Assembly: GCA_024281315.1 (NCBI GenBank)
Contig: JAJSAE010000069.1
Span: forward strand, 1-50,156
Direction: 5' to 3'
Length of the DNA stretch: 50,156 nucleotides
DNA from: an archaeon
GTDB taxonomy: Archaea; Thermoplasmatota; Thermoplasmata; JAJSAE01
Of this stretch, positions 19,402-27,651 are shown one piece after another. The number at the start of each line of letters is the position of its first letter. Position 1 is the stretch's first letter. The translations under genes and the position numbers were made by a program. Below the pieces are notes generated by a model, which had not been told where the DNA came from, did not search any database, and worked only from the letters and a program-made list of their open reading frames with translations.

Positions 19402-20799
19402 ATGCCGGAAAAAAAGAGAGTAATCCTCTTTACCATAAAAGAGGAACAGGGAGAAATACTGAGTCTCATAGACACGATTGGGTATGAACTCGTAAAGGTC
19501 TTCTATCAAAAGAGAAGGAAGCCAGATCCGAATTATTTTCTTGGAAAAGGAAGATTTGAAGAGGTCCAGGAGTTTTTGGGAGTTAAGGATGAGGATGAAG
19601 AAGACAAGGAACTGAGAACGATAGTCGAGAAGATTGAGGGAAAAAAGAAGGAAAAGGAGAGAAAGAAAAGGAGAGAGGAAGCGGACATCGATGCGGTCAT
19701 TGTGGATGCCTCCGTAAGGCCGGGCCAGCACTACAGGCTAGAGATGGGTCTGGAACTGGAATGTATAGACAGAATCGGTCTCATCCTAAGCATCTTTAAA
19801 GAACACGCACATACAAGAGAGGCGAAACTCCAGGTGGAACTTGCAAGACTTCAGTATCAACTACCTCTTATAAAAGAATGGGTTCACAGGGGAAAGGAGG
19901 GGGAAAAACCCGGATTTATGGGCGGTGGCGCCTACGATGTGGATGTATATTATCTCATGGCAAAGAGGAGAATAAGCCGCATAAAAAGGATGTTTCAGGA
20001 TATTGAAAAAGATAGGGAGGTAAAAAGAGAAATAAGAAGGAAGGGGAATACAACGGTTGTTGCCATCGCCGGTTATACCAATGCCGGAAAATCAACGCTT
20101 CTGAGGACTCTGAGTGGTGATGATAATGTTTATGTGGACGATAAACTCTTCGCAACACTATCTCCGGTTACGAGAAGGGCAAAGGATAGAAGAAGACCCG
20201 TTCTCTTTACGGATACTGTGGGCTTCATAGACGACCTTCCCACCGAAACCATAGAGGCCTTCATGTCAACATTGGAGGAAATTTTTACAGCCGATCTTGT
20301 GCTTTTAGTGATAGATATAAGCGATTCTGAGGATGAAATAAGAAGGAAATTAAAGGCCTCTCTGGATATCCTTCTGCCGGATGTGGGAAACGATAGAATA
20401 ATCTATGTAGCCAACAAGACGGATACACTTTCCGAGAGAGGAAAAGAAAGAAAGATAGCTTTTGTTATAAATAATATAGGAAATGACACGATTTTTATTT
20501 CCGCTCTTGATGGCGATGCGAGAACAAGGGTTATGAGAAAGATATACTCCAGAGTCAAGAAAGGGAGAAATAGAGTATTCATAAAATTACCTGCGGAGAA
20601 AGAGGAGACCTACAGAGCCATCAATGAGATAAAAAGAATAGCTATTGTCTCTTCCATGGATTTTAAGGACGAACGGCTCGAAATTACGGCCTATGTTCTC
20701 AGAGATAAGATCGATCATCTGGAACACATTGTGAGCGGCCTTAAAGGTGAGATTATAGTCTTCCCGGAAAAAGATGATGATGTTCCATTATATGCCTGA
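19402..20799 (+). CDS. hflX: GTPase HflX
   Basis: YFLGKG, DRIGLILSIF..HA.TREAKLQVELA.L.Y, GYTNAGKSTL, LFATL, DTVGF, NKTD, ISA. Confidence 0.93.
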   Translation: MPEKKRVILFTIKEEQGEILSLIDTIGYELVKVFYQKRRKPDPNYFLGKGRFEEVQEFLGVKDEDEEDKELRTIVEKIEGKKKEKERKKRREEADIDAVIVDASVRPGQHYRLEMGLELECIDRIGLILSIFKEHAHTREAKLQVELARLQYQLPLIKEWVHRGKEGEKPGFMGGGAYDVDVYYLMAKRRISRIKRMFQDIEKDREVKREIRRKGNTTVVAIAGYTNAGKSTLLRTLSGDDNVYVDDKLFATLSPVTRRAKDRRRPVLFTDTVGFIDDLPTETIEAFMSTLEEIFTADLVLLVIDISDSEDEIRRKLKASLDILLPDVGNDRIIYVANKTDTLSERGKERKIAFVINNIGNDTIFISALDGDARTRVMRKIYSRVKKGRNRVFIKLPAEKEETYRAINEIKRIAIVSSMDFKDERLEITAYVLRDKIDHLEHIVSGLKGEIIVFPEKDDDVPLYA

Positions 20800-20926
20800 A
20801 TGATGAGAAATAGATGGATGGTAAACGGATTTAAATTTGAGTATTTAATGGATGATTAGTGGATAGTACTAATGACTAGGGTTGGAAGGTAATTGTATTA
20901 ATGAAAAATCGGTGATGATAATGGAT

Positions 20927-21316
20927 TCACATCTTAATTCTGAACTCGTCCATCTTCTCCAGAACCATGTCCTCGTATCTCTGGGGCAGGCTCCATCCGA
21001 GATATTGAACATCTTCAATGTTCCTTATGAACTTTGACTTGCTGTTTTCGGTCAGATATTTCTCCAGTTTCTTCACCTTCTTGAAGTGGTCGTAAACCCA
21101 CCATGCTCCGAGTATCAAAACAGCAGGCGATAGGAGGAGAAGCCAGAGATTCCAGTCTCCGACTTGTGTAGCTACTGCAGAAAGACCAGAAAGGAGGGAC
21201 GGAACATTATTCTTGAAAAAGACACCTACCGTTGCTATGAGCGTTCCTATTCCGCCGACAACCGAAAGAACGGCTCCTATTTCCATTCTGTATTCCACGC
21301 TGAACTTCTTTGCCAT
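20927..21316 (-). CDS. Small two-TM membrane protein (DUF3198-like)
   Basis: GAGGTGA RBS then ATG 21316 (MAKKFSVEY...); two hydrophobic segments, then SKSKFIRN...L.W.LP; the longer ORF-track start overlaps the tRNA. Confidence 0.7.
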   Translation of the reverse strand: MAKKFSVEYRMEIGAVLSVVGGIGTLIATVGVFFKNNVPSLLSGLSAVATQVGDWNLWLLLLSPAVLILGAWWVYDHFKKVKKLEKYLTENSKSKFIRNIEDVQYLGWSLPQRYEDMVLEKMDEFRIKM

Positions 21317-21358
21317 TTTGCTCACCTCTTCTTGTATTGCCTCGGTGGGTTTATTGAG

Positions 21359-21432
21359 TGGGCCCGTCCGGATTTGAACCGGAGACCTCCGCCATGTCAA
21401 GGCGACGTCATAACCAACTAGACCACGGGCCC
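21359..21432 (-). tRNA. tRNA-Val(GAC), intronless, CCA not encoded
   Basis: GGGCCCG TGGTCTAGTTGGTTATGAC GTCGCC TTGACAT GGCGG AGGTC TCCGG TTCAAAT CCGGA CGGGCCC A folds into a full cloverleaf. Confidence 0.97.
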
Positions 21433-21444
21433 TTCACTTCATTC

Positions 21445-21648
21445 AGGGCCCTAGGCCGTAAACATCCTCCGGAGTTTACTCCTCACGGGCCCTTTATCCT
21501 ATTTATTTGGCCCTAGCTTCCGACTATCGTCGGTCACCACGGACCTTTTCAGTTTATTCAGGCTCAAGCACTTGACTCTTTCCGGTTGCGGCGAGCCTTT
21601 ATACAGTTTTTCCAGTCCACCCCCTAGTTTCGTATCATTCAGGTGGTG
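21445..21648 (-). ncRNA. Candidate ncRNA array: four related stem-loop units upstream of tRNA-Val
   Basis: Closing stems CCACC/GGUGG, AGGCUCG/UGAGCCU, GGUCC/GGGCC, AGGGCCC/GGGCCCU; A-rich linkers; CUAGGG x3 and CCUGAAU x3; G-U pairs favour the minus strand. Confidence 0.55.
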
Positions 21649-21671
21649 TTTTTATGGCTGGTATGACGGGC

Positions 21672-21685
21672 TATAAACTTTCTCT
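21672..21685 (-). promoter_or_regulatory. BRE/TATA promoter for hairpin array and tRNA-Val
   Basis: Minus strand AGAGAAAGTTTATA, ~24 nt upstream of the first hairpin. Confidence 0.6.
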
Positions 21686-21796
21686 ATTTATACCTTATCT
21701 TTAAATGAGGTATCTGTAGTATCCCGAAATCATTTAACGCTTCAATCAATGAACAGGGACGGGGAAGTTTTTTTATCCATAGAGAGATACGCCCTC

Positions 21797-22819
21797 ATGC
21801 GTGTGAAAATAGACGGAGATAAGAAAGAGATCCGCTCGGTATGGTTTGAGAAGGGTAGAGTACTTATGATAGATCAAAGAAAACTCCCTCTTTCACTGGA
21901 AATAAAGGGGTTGGGGACGGTGGATGAGGTGTGCATATCAATAAGGGAGATGTGGGTAAGGGGTGCGCCGGCAATAGGAATAACCGCTGCGTACGGAATG
22001 GCTATTGCTTCATTAACAGGTGAGGATGTGAAATCGGCGGCAGAGAAGCTTAAGGCCACCAGACCAACCGCTTTCGATCTTTTCTATGCTGTTGATTACA
22101 TGCTTGAGAAAATAAACATAGGAGATGATCCTGTTGTGGCCGCCGAGGAGTACGCCAATATCATAATAGAAAAGTGTCGTTCCATAGGAAACGAAGGGGC
22201 CCCCCTCATAAAAGACGGCTTTCGAATTTTGACTCACTGTAATGCCGGCGCCCTTGCTACCGGAGATTACGGAACATCCCTGTCGCCTATCCGCACAGCT
22301 TTTTCAGAGGGAAAAATAATCTTTGTTTTTGTGGACGAAACGAGACCGAGGCTTCAGGGTGCGAGGCTTACCGCATGGGAGTTGTATCAGGAGGGAGTCC
22401 CTCACGCGGTGATAGCGGATAATGCGGCCGGCCATTACATGAGGACCGGACAGATTGATATGGTCATTGTGGGGGCGGACAGAATTGCCGGTAACGGGGA
22501 TTTCGCAAACAAAATAGGAACATATGAAAAGGCGGTTATTGCAAAGGAGAACGGCATACCGTTCTATGTGGCCGCGCCGGCGAGCACATTCGATCTTTCT
22601 CTTCCCGGCGGTGGAAAAATTCCCATAGAGGAACGGGATGAAAAGGAGGTTCTGGAGTTTGGGGGTGTGAGGATAGCCCCACATGGCTCGTCGGCAAGGA
22701 ACCCCGCTTTTGATGTTACTCCTGCCAGATATGTTACCGGTTTTATTACGGAGTACGGAGTATTCACTCCGGAGGAACTGCCGAGCCTTATATTAATCAT
22801 TAAGGGGCGAGGAGAATGA
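21797..22819 (+). CDS. mtnA: S-methyl-5-thioribose-1-phosphate isomerase
   Basis: IDQRKLP, VRGAPAIG, RPTA, LTHCNAGALAT, ETRPRLQGARLTAWEL, VGADRI, NKIGTY, NPAFDVTP; ATG 21797 probably leaderless. Confidence 0.93.
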   Translation: MRVKIDGDKKEIRSVWFEKGRVLMIDQRKLPLSLEIKGLGTVDEVCISIREMWVRGAPAIGITAAYGMAIASLTGEDVKSAAEKLKATRPTAFDLFYAVDYMLEKINIGDDPVVAAEEYANIIIEKCRSIGNEGAPLIKDGFRILTHCNAGALATGDYGTSLSPIRTAFSEGKIIFVFVDETRPRLQGARLTAWELYQEGVPHAVIADNAAGHYMRTGQIDMVIVGADRIAGNGDFANKIGTYEKAVIAKENGIPFYVAAPASTFDLSLPGGGKIPIEERDEKEVLEFGGVRIAPHGSSARNPAFDVTPARYVTGFITEYGVFTPEELPSLILIIKGRGE

Positions 22820-23304
22820 ATGCGGGGATGTCGGATATTGAGCAGGGAGATATGGCCCCGGATTTTCTATGCCCGTTCTGCCGCACGGGAACCATGGTGC
22901 CCGCCGATAATGAGAGTGATGTTCCGGCCTATGTGTGCCCTGTTTGCGGCTCCTATCACGGCGAATTCCTTCATACCGGAAAAATTTTCTACTATACGTC
23001 GCTCCATCTTCGGGTGGGAAGGGCAATTATTGCGCGCAATGGCCTCGGAGGGCCGCACAGCATCCCATCGCTATCTGTGGAACTTTCTCATGAGATTGGG
23101 GGCGACACTAGTGCCGAGGATGTGGCACAGGCAATAGTCTATCTGGAACGGAATGGAGTGCTTGAGGTAAGGGACGGCCGGATATATGCCGCGGATAGCG
23201 TGGAAATCCCAGCTAAAATCGCCCCCAACAAGAGAACGAAATCGAAATCAGGAGAAACAGACGGGGCTGGTCGGCAGAGTGACATGCCGGGAGAGGTGAA
23301 TTAA
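22816..23304 (+). CDS. Hypothetical protein with N-terminal Zn-ribbon and possible winged-helix segment
   Basis: CPFC...CPVC; 'EDVAQAIVYLERNGVLEVRDGRIY' resembles a wHTH helix-wing; ATGA overlap with mtnA and abuts nop5. Confidence 0.65.
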   Translation: MNAGMSDIEQGDMAPDFLCPFCRTGTMVPADNESDVPAYVCPVCGSYHGEFLHTGKIFYYTSLHLRVGRAIIARNGLGGPHSIPSLSVELSHEIGGDTSAEDVAQAIVYLERNGVLEVRDGRIYAADSVEIPAKIAPNKRTKSKSGETDGAGRQSDMPGEVN

Positions 23305-24498
23305 ATGGCCAAATATCTTGTTACAAAGTGGTTCGGAGTCTTTCTATGTGAGGGGAGAAAGGTGTCCAGATTTCTTGTCTTCCCGAAAGATCCGCAGAAG
23401 ATTGCAGAGAGAATAAGGACTATACAGATGGGGGATATCCTTGACGAGGAAAAGGAACTTTCGTTCCGGGGAATTCTATTTACGGACCCCCGCATGTCCG
23501 ACATGGGAAAAGTCGTGGAGTTTGATTCCGAGTTTATCTTGCCCCATGACTACGGATTTTCCGATGACCTTCTCAGGGATGCCATGCTTCTGGCTGCACG
23601 GATGGAGATGTCATATACAGTCCCGTGGGACCGGCTGATAATTCAGGCTGTTGAGGCTCTCGATGATCTTACGGGAAAGGCCAATCTTCTGGCCGAGAGG
23701 ACGAGGGCATGGTATTCCCTGTACTTTCCGGAATTCCCGTCCTTGTGTAGCGGCGAGGAGGAGATGGTTAAACTGGTGGCCGAATACGGAGTGCGCGAGG
23801 AGATACTGGCCGCCCTGGTCGATAAAGGAGCGCAGACGGAGGAGGAACAGGGCGTTTTTGACAGAAAAATCTCCGATGAGGACCTCAAAGCAATCCAATC
23901 TCTTGCAAAACTGGCATCCGCCACCTATGACGAAATTGCCTTAATCTCCGCATACATAGAAAAGAGCATGGAAGAGGTCGCACCCAATCTCTCTGCGCTC
24001 ATCGGTCCCATTCTGGGAGCAAGGCTCATGGCTCTGGCAGGCGGCCTGAGACGGCTGGCAATACTCCCTGCCGGAACGGTCCAGCTTCTGGGTGCGGAGG
24101 CCGCAATGTTCAGGCACATAAAGGAGGGGAGCGATGGCCCGAAGCACGGAGTCATATTCCAGCACCCGATGCTTCATTCGGCCCCGCCGTGGCAGAGGGG
24201 GAGCATAGCAAGGGCCGTAGCCGGGAAAATAAGTATAGCCGCGCGTGCAGATGCCTTTGGCGGTGCGGACATATCGGATAGGCTGAAGGTGGAGCTGGAG
24301 GGCCGGCTGGCAAAGATAAGAGAGAGCAAGAAAGAGGCTCCGCTGAGGAGGAAGGGGAAGGGGGGAAGGAAGAGAGAGGGCGCCAGGGACGGAGGAAAGG
24401 CCGGAAATAATCGCAAGGGGAGAAAGGGCCGCAGTGAGGGAAAAAACCGTGATTCCGGGGGAAGTCGCCGCTCAAAAAGTCGACAGCGCAGGGGGTAG
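23305..24498 (+). CDS. nop5: Nop5/Nop56-58 family box C/D RNP scaffold protein
   Basis: WYSLYFPE, APNLSALIGPILGARL..AGGL..LA..PA.TVQLLGAE, PKHGVIFQHP, RG.IAR..A.K.SIAARAD; basic K/G/R tail. Confidence 0.9.
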   Translation: MAKYLVTKWFGVFLCEGRKVSRFLVFPKDPQKIAERIRTIQMGDILDEEKELSFRGILFTDPRMSDMGKVVEFDSEFILPHDYGFSDDLLRDAMLLAARMEMSYTVPWDRLIIQAVEALDDLTGKANLLAERTRAWYSLYFPEFPSLCSGEEEMVKLVAEYGVREEILAALVDKGAQTEEEQGVFDRKISDEDLKAIQSLAKLASATYDEIALISAYIEKSMEEVAPNLSALIGPILGARLMALAGGLRRLAILPAGTVQLLGAEAAMFRHIKEGSDGPKHGVIFQHPMLHSAPPWQRGSIARAVAGKISIAARADAFGGADISDRLKVELEGRLAKIRESKKEAPLRRKGKGGRKREGARDGGKAGNNRKGRKGRSEGKNRDSGGSRRSKSRQRRG

Positions 24499-24573
24499 CC
24501 AATTCCCCAAATCTGTCCAACAACCTATATATAAACCCCACCCGCTTTTCAACCATCATATTGTGGTGATATC

Positions 24574-25899
24574 ATGGAGACCATTCAAAACCGCGAATAC
24601 AAGAAGGAGAAGATGAAGGAGATGCTCATGAAACTCCAGTCCGGCCAGGGCCCGGAGGAACTGAAGCATGAATTCAAGGCCCTTTTGAAGAGCATATCTC
24701 CTCTGGAAATCCCCATCATTGAGCAGGAACTCGTCAAGGAGGGTGTAAAGCCCAGGGAGATTGCAAAGATGTGCGACATTCATGTGGAACTATTTAGGGA
24801 AACGGTTAGCGGGGCCAGTGATGAGGAGGAAGAGGGCCTCCCGCGTGGTCACCCCCTCGATCTATTTTACAGGGAAAATAAGGAAATAATCAAGGATGCG
24901 GAGCTTCTCGGCCTTTACGCCTCCTCTCTTTCCACAGCCGGGGACGAGAAGACAAAGTCCGACCTTCTGGATGTGGTGGACGATATTGCAAGCAGGATTC
25001 TGAAAATCGGTTTTACACACTACAACCGCGAGGAGATGCTTCTCTTCCCGTACATAGAAAGGCTGGGCATATCTGCGGTTCCGACGGTTCTGTGGACCAA
25101 GCACGATGAGATAAGGATAAAGATGAAGCAGTTTGCGGGCCTTCTGAAGGGCTATGAAGGCACGGGCTGGAGCGAGTTCTCGGCACAGGTGAAAGAGAAA
25201 GGGGCCGAGCTGTCCAGAAAACTGGTGGACATGGTCTTCCGCGAGGACAACATCCTCTATCGCGCCGCCCACATTCTTCTGCCAGAGGGCGCGTGGGTTG
25301 CCATAAGGGAACAGAGCGATGAGTACGGGTATTACGGTCTGAAGCCGGAGGAGTGGCACACCGATGCGCCCCCCCTCCTCCCACACGAGATAACGGAAGG
25401 CCTTTCCGCTGACGATATTCTTTCCCTGCCTCCAGATGTACAGAGGCTCGTAAAGGCCACAGGAACGGAAAAAGACGATTATGTGCTTGTGAGAGACGGC
25501 GATATGGATATGGAAACGGGCTTCATGTCTCCCGAAGAACTCATAAAGATATTTTCGAGGCTTCCGGTGGACACAACATTCATAGACCGCAACGACAGGG
25601 TGCGCTTCTTTTCCGGTGGGGAGCGAGTCTTTCCGAGGTCCAAGAACATACTGGGCCGGAAGGTGCAGATGTGCCACCCTCCAAAGAGCGTCCACATAGT
25701 CAACCACATACTGGCCGATTTCAGGGCGAAGAAGAGGGAGAATGCGGAGTTCTGGATCCAGATGGGCCCGAAGTTCATACATATCACCTACTATCCGCTA
25801 TGGGATGATAACGGGGAGTACATGGGGACACTGGAGGTCTCCGAGGATGCCGCGCATGTGAGGTCGCTGGAAGGGGAGAAGAGGCTGCTGGATTATTGA
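24574..25899 (+). CDS. DUF438 domain protein with hemerythrin-like and C-terminal PAS domains
   Basis: EI..IEQEL..EG...MCDIH, GHP...EN, HYNREE.LLFP, LW.KHD, MVFRED.ILY, LPVD.TFID, CHPPKS, Y.GTLEV. Confidence 0.88.
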   Translation: METIQNREYKKEKMKEMLMKLQSGQGPEELKHEFKALLKSISPLEIPIIEQELVKEGVKPREIAKMCDIHVELFRETVSGASDEEEEGLPRGHPLDLFYRENKEIIKDAELLGLYASSLSTAGDEKTKSDLLDVVDDIASRILKIGFTHYNREEMLLFPYIERLGISAVPTVLWTKHDEIRIKMKQFAGLLKGYEGTGWSEFSAQVKEKGAELSRKLVDMVFREDNILYRAAHILLPEGAWVAIREQSDEYGYYGLKPEEWHTDAPPLLPHEITEGLSADDILSLPPDVQRLVKATGTEKDDYVLVRDGDMDMETGFMSPEELIKIFSRLPVDTTFIDRNDRVRFFSGGERVFPRSKNILGRKVQMCHPPKSVHIVNHILADFRAKKRENAEFWIQMGPKFIHITYYPLWDDNGEYMGTLEVSEDAAHVRSLEGEKRLLDY

Positions 25900-27326
25900 T
25901 TATAATTTGTGTCAGGGACAGCCCATATTTCTCTTCTTTGCAGGAACTCCACACTAATAAGCACACCCCCAGAAATCCCCAGCCCCACCACTCCTACAAG
26001 CAGGCCGAATGATGGTGCATATTCCGCACTGGCCAGAAACACATAGGCCTCTCCTGCCAGAATTGAGATTATTGCCGATATCGGCCTCATATTCTTCAGA
26101 TAAAGTGCGCCGAGGAATGCCGGTGCCAGAACCACGAGCCCGGAAAATGCGGCCCCTATGAGGAACAGCATTATGCCCTGCCCGGACCGGAAGAAGTAGA
26201 AGATGTAGAGAATGGAACCAAGGGCTAGAATCCATGTGATTGCTATGCTCCTCCTCACTTCGTTCGTTTTTTTATGGGAGCCGGTGTCTTTTACGGTCAT
26301 GGTTGATATGGCAAACAACTGCGAGTCGGCCGTGGACATGAGGGCCGAAAGTGCGCCGACCATTACAAGATAATAGACCCAGTTCGGCGTGTATCTCTCC
26401 ACCATAACGAGCATAACGGTGTTTGTTCCCGCCTCGACTCCGGCACCGTGGGCCCAGACGCCCACCAGAACGGGGATGAGGAACAGGAAGGAGATGAGGA
26501 ATGGATAGAGGGTCATGCTGGTCTTCAACGATTTCTCGCTCTTTGCTGTGTAGAACCTCGTGAAGAGCTGGGGGAACATAGGATCAACGAAAATCCAGAG
26601 AACCATGAAGGAGAGCCAGATGCTCGGGGTGAAGAAGCCGCCGGCACGGGAGAACAGCCCCGGGTCAGCGGCAAACGCTCTTTCTCCTGCCGCCGCAAAG
26701 CCGCCCAGCGCCGATGAGATGAAGAGGCCCACAAGCAGCATTGCGGTGAACATGAGAACTCCCTGCACCACATCGGTCCAGCCGGAGCCGCGCATTCCTC
26801 CGAGAGAGACATAGGCCGCAATGACTATCACCACTACAACCGCCCCTGCCGCCGGATCAATACCCACAAGGCTCTGGAGGATGTATCCCGCACCTGAGGC
26901 CTGCACGGCGAGATAAGGCAGGGTGAACAGAATCATAACGAACATGGTCAGCCACTGTAGTTTCCTGCTTCCAGTCTCCCCGCCGATAAGTTCGGGAGCG
27001 GTGGTGTATCCCCTTTCCTTTCCCAGTTGCCAGACTTTCCTTCCGATAATATAGAACATGATCGGCATGAAGGCCGTTCCGAGAGCCATGACTCCGTACT
27101 CCCCGAAGCCGTACCTGTATGCGGCATCCGAGAATCCCAGAAAGAAGAAGGCCGAGAAATTGGTGGCCGCCATGGTGAAGAACAGTAGAATCGGCTTAAA
27201 TGAACGGCCCGCAACGAAATACTCCTCCCCTCCTCTCTTTTTGCCTCCATATCTGTGCGCAAGCAGGCCGAGGCCGAGCAGGAACGCAAAATACAGCAGA
27301 ACCACAGCGATTGCAAAGGCGTTCAT
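25893..27326 (-). CDS. Sodium:solute symporter family protein
   Basis: EYFVAGR, AT.FSAF.FLG, Y.SLGGMRG..WTDVVQG, PQLF.RFY, ALMSTADSQL; ~13 hydrophobic segments. Confidence 0.92.
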   Translation of the reverse strand: MNAFAIAVVLLYFAFLLGLGLLAHRYGGKKRGGEEYFVAGRSFKPILLFFTMAATNFSAFFFLGFSDAAYRYGFGEYGVMALGTAFMPIMFYIIGRKVWQLGKERGYTTAPELIGGETGSRKLQWLTMFVMILFTLPYLAVQASGAGYILQSLVGIDPAAGAVVVVIVIAAYVSLGGMRGSGWTDVVQGVLMFTAMLLVGLFISSALGGFAAAGERAFAADPGLFSRAGGFFTPSIWLSFMVLWIFVDPMFPQLFTRFYTAKSEKSLKTSMTLYPFLISFLFLIPVLVGVWAHGAGVEAGTNTVMLVMVERYTPNWVYYLVMVGALSALMSTADSQLFAISTMTVKDTGSHKKTNEVRRSIAITWILALGSILYIFYFFRSGQGIMLFLIGAAFSGLVVLAPAFLGALYLKNMRPISAIISILAGEAYVFLASAEYAPSFGLLVGVVGLGISGGVLISVEFLQRREIWAVPDTNYNQ

Positions 27327-27536
27327 TCAATCCCTCCAGATATGGCGGGAGAAGAGGATATAGTAAATCCCTGTAAGTATCACAATTATAATATGCCAGA
27401 TTACCCAGACAGGCAGGCCGTGAAGAAGGGTGTTGCCGCCCCAGTTCCAGACATCCATAGCCGATATTACAAGCAGCACGAATCCCGCTGCAAATACGAT
27501 ACGCTTCCGTTTTTCGGGCAGTTCGTCGAACTTCAT
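27327..27536 (-). CDS. Small two-TM accessory protein of the symporter (DUF3311-like)
   Basis: GGAG then ATG 27536; D.WNW...GLPVWV.WH; abuts the symporter start. Confidence 0.7.
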   Translation of the reverse strand: MKFDELPEKRKRIVFAAGFVLLVISAMDVWNWGGNTLLHGLPVWVIWHIIIVILTGIYYILFSRHIWRD

Positions 27537-27651
27537 TAAATCAACTCCTGCCCGTTTCCTGGTTTTTCGAGCTGGAAGCGGGAAAACAGTGCTCGGAAGA
27601 ATGCAATGAAAAGTACTATATGAATATTTCCGAGTTTTTCCGCCCCGCTCT

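Noticed and set aside
20800-20926. C-box-like ATGATGA and GTGATGA between hflX and the DUF3198-like gene
   Set aside because: No correctly spaced CTGA D/D' boxes; more likely convergent terminator region
21317-21400. ORF-track extension of the small membrane protein into the tRNA
   Set aside because: Overlaps tRNA-Val; strong RBS supports ATG 21316
21359-21432. tRNA-Val as integration site of a mobile element
   Set aside because: No duplicate of the tRNA 3' half and no integrase seen in the window
21445-21648. Hairpin array as CRISPR, canonical TIGR array or hammerhead ribozyme
   Set aside because: No identical direct repeats or cas genes; units are not fixed-length dual-repeat units; CUGAAUGA...GAAAC in the first unit does not match CUGANGA and lacks the three stems
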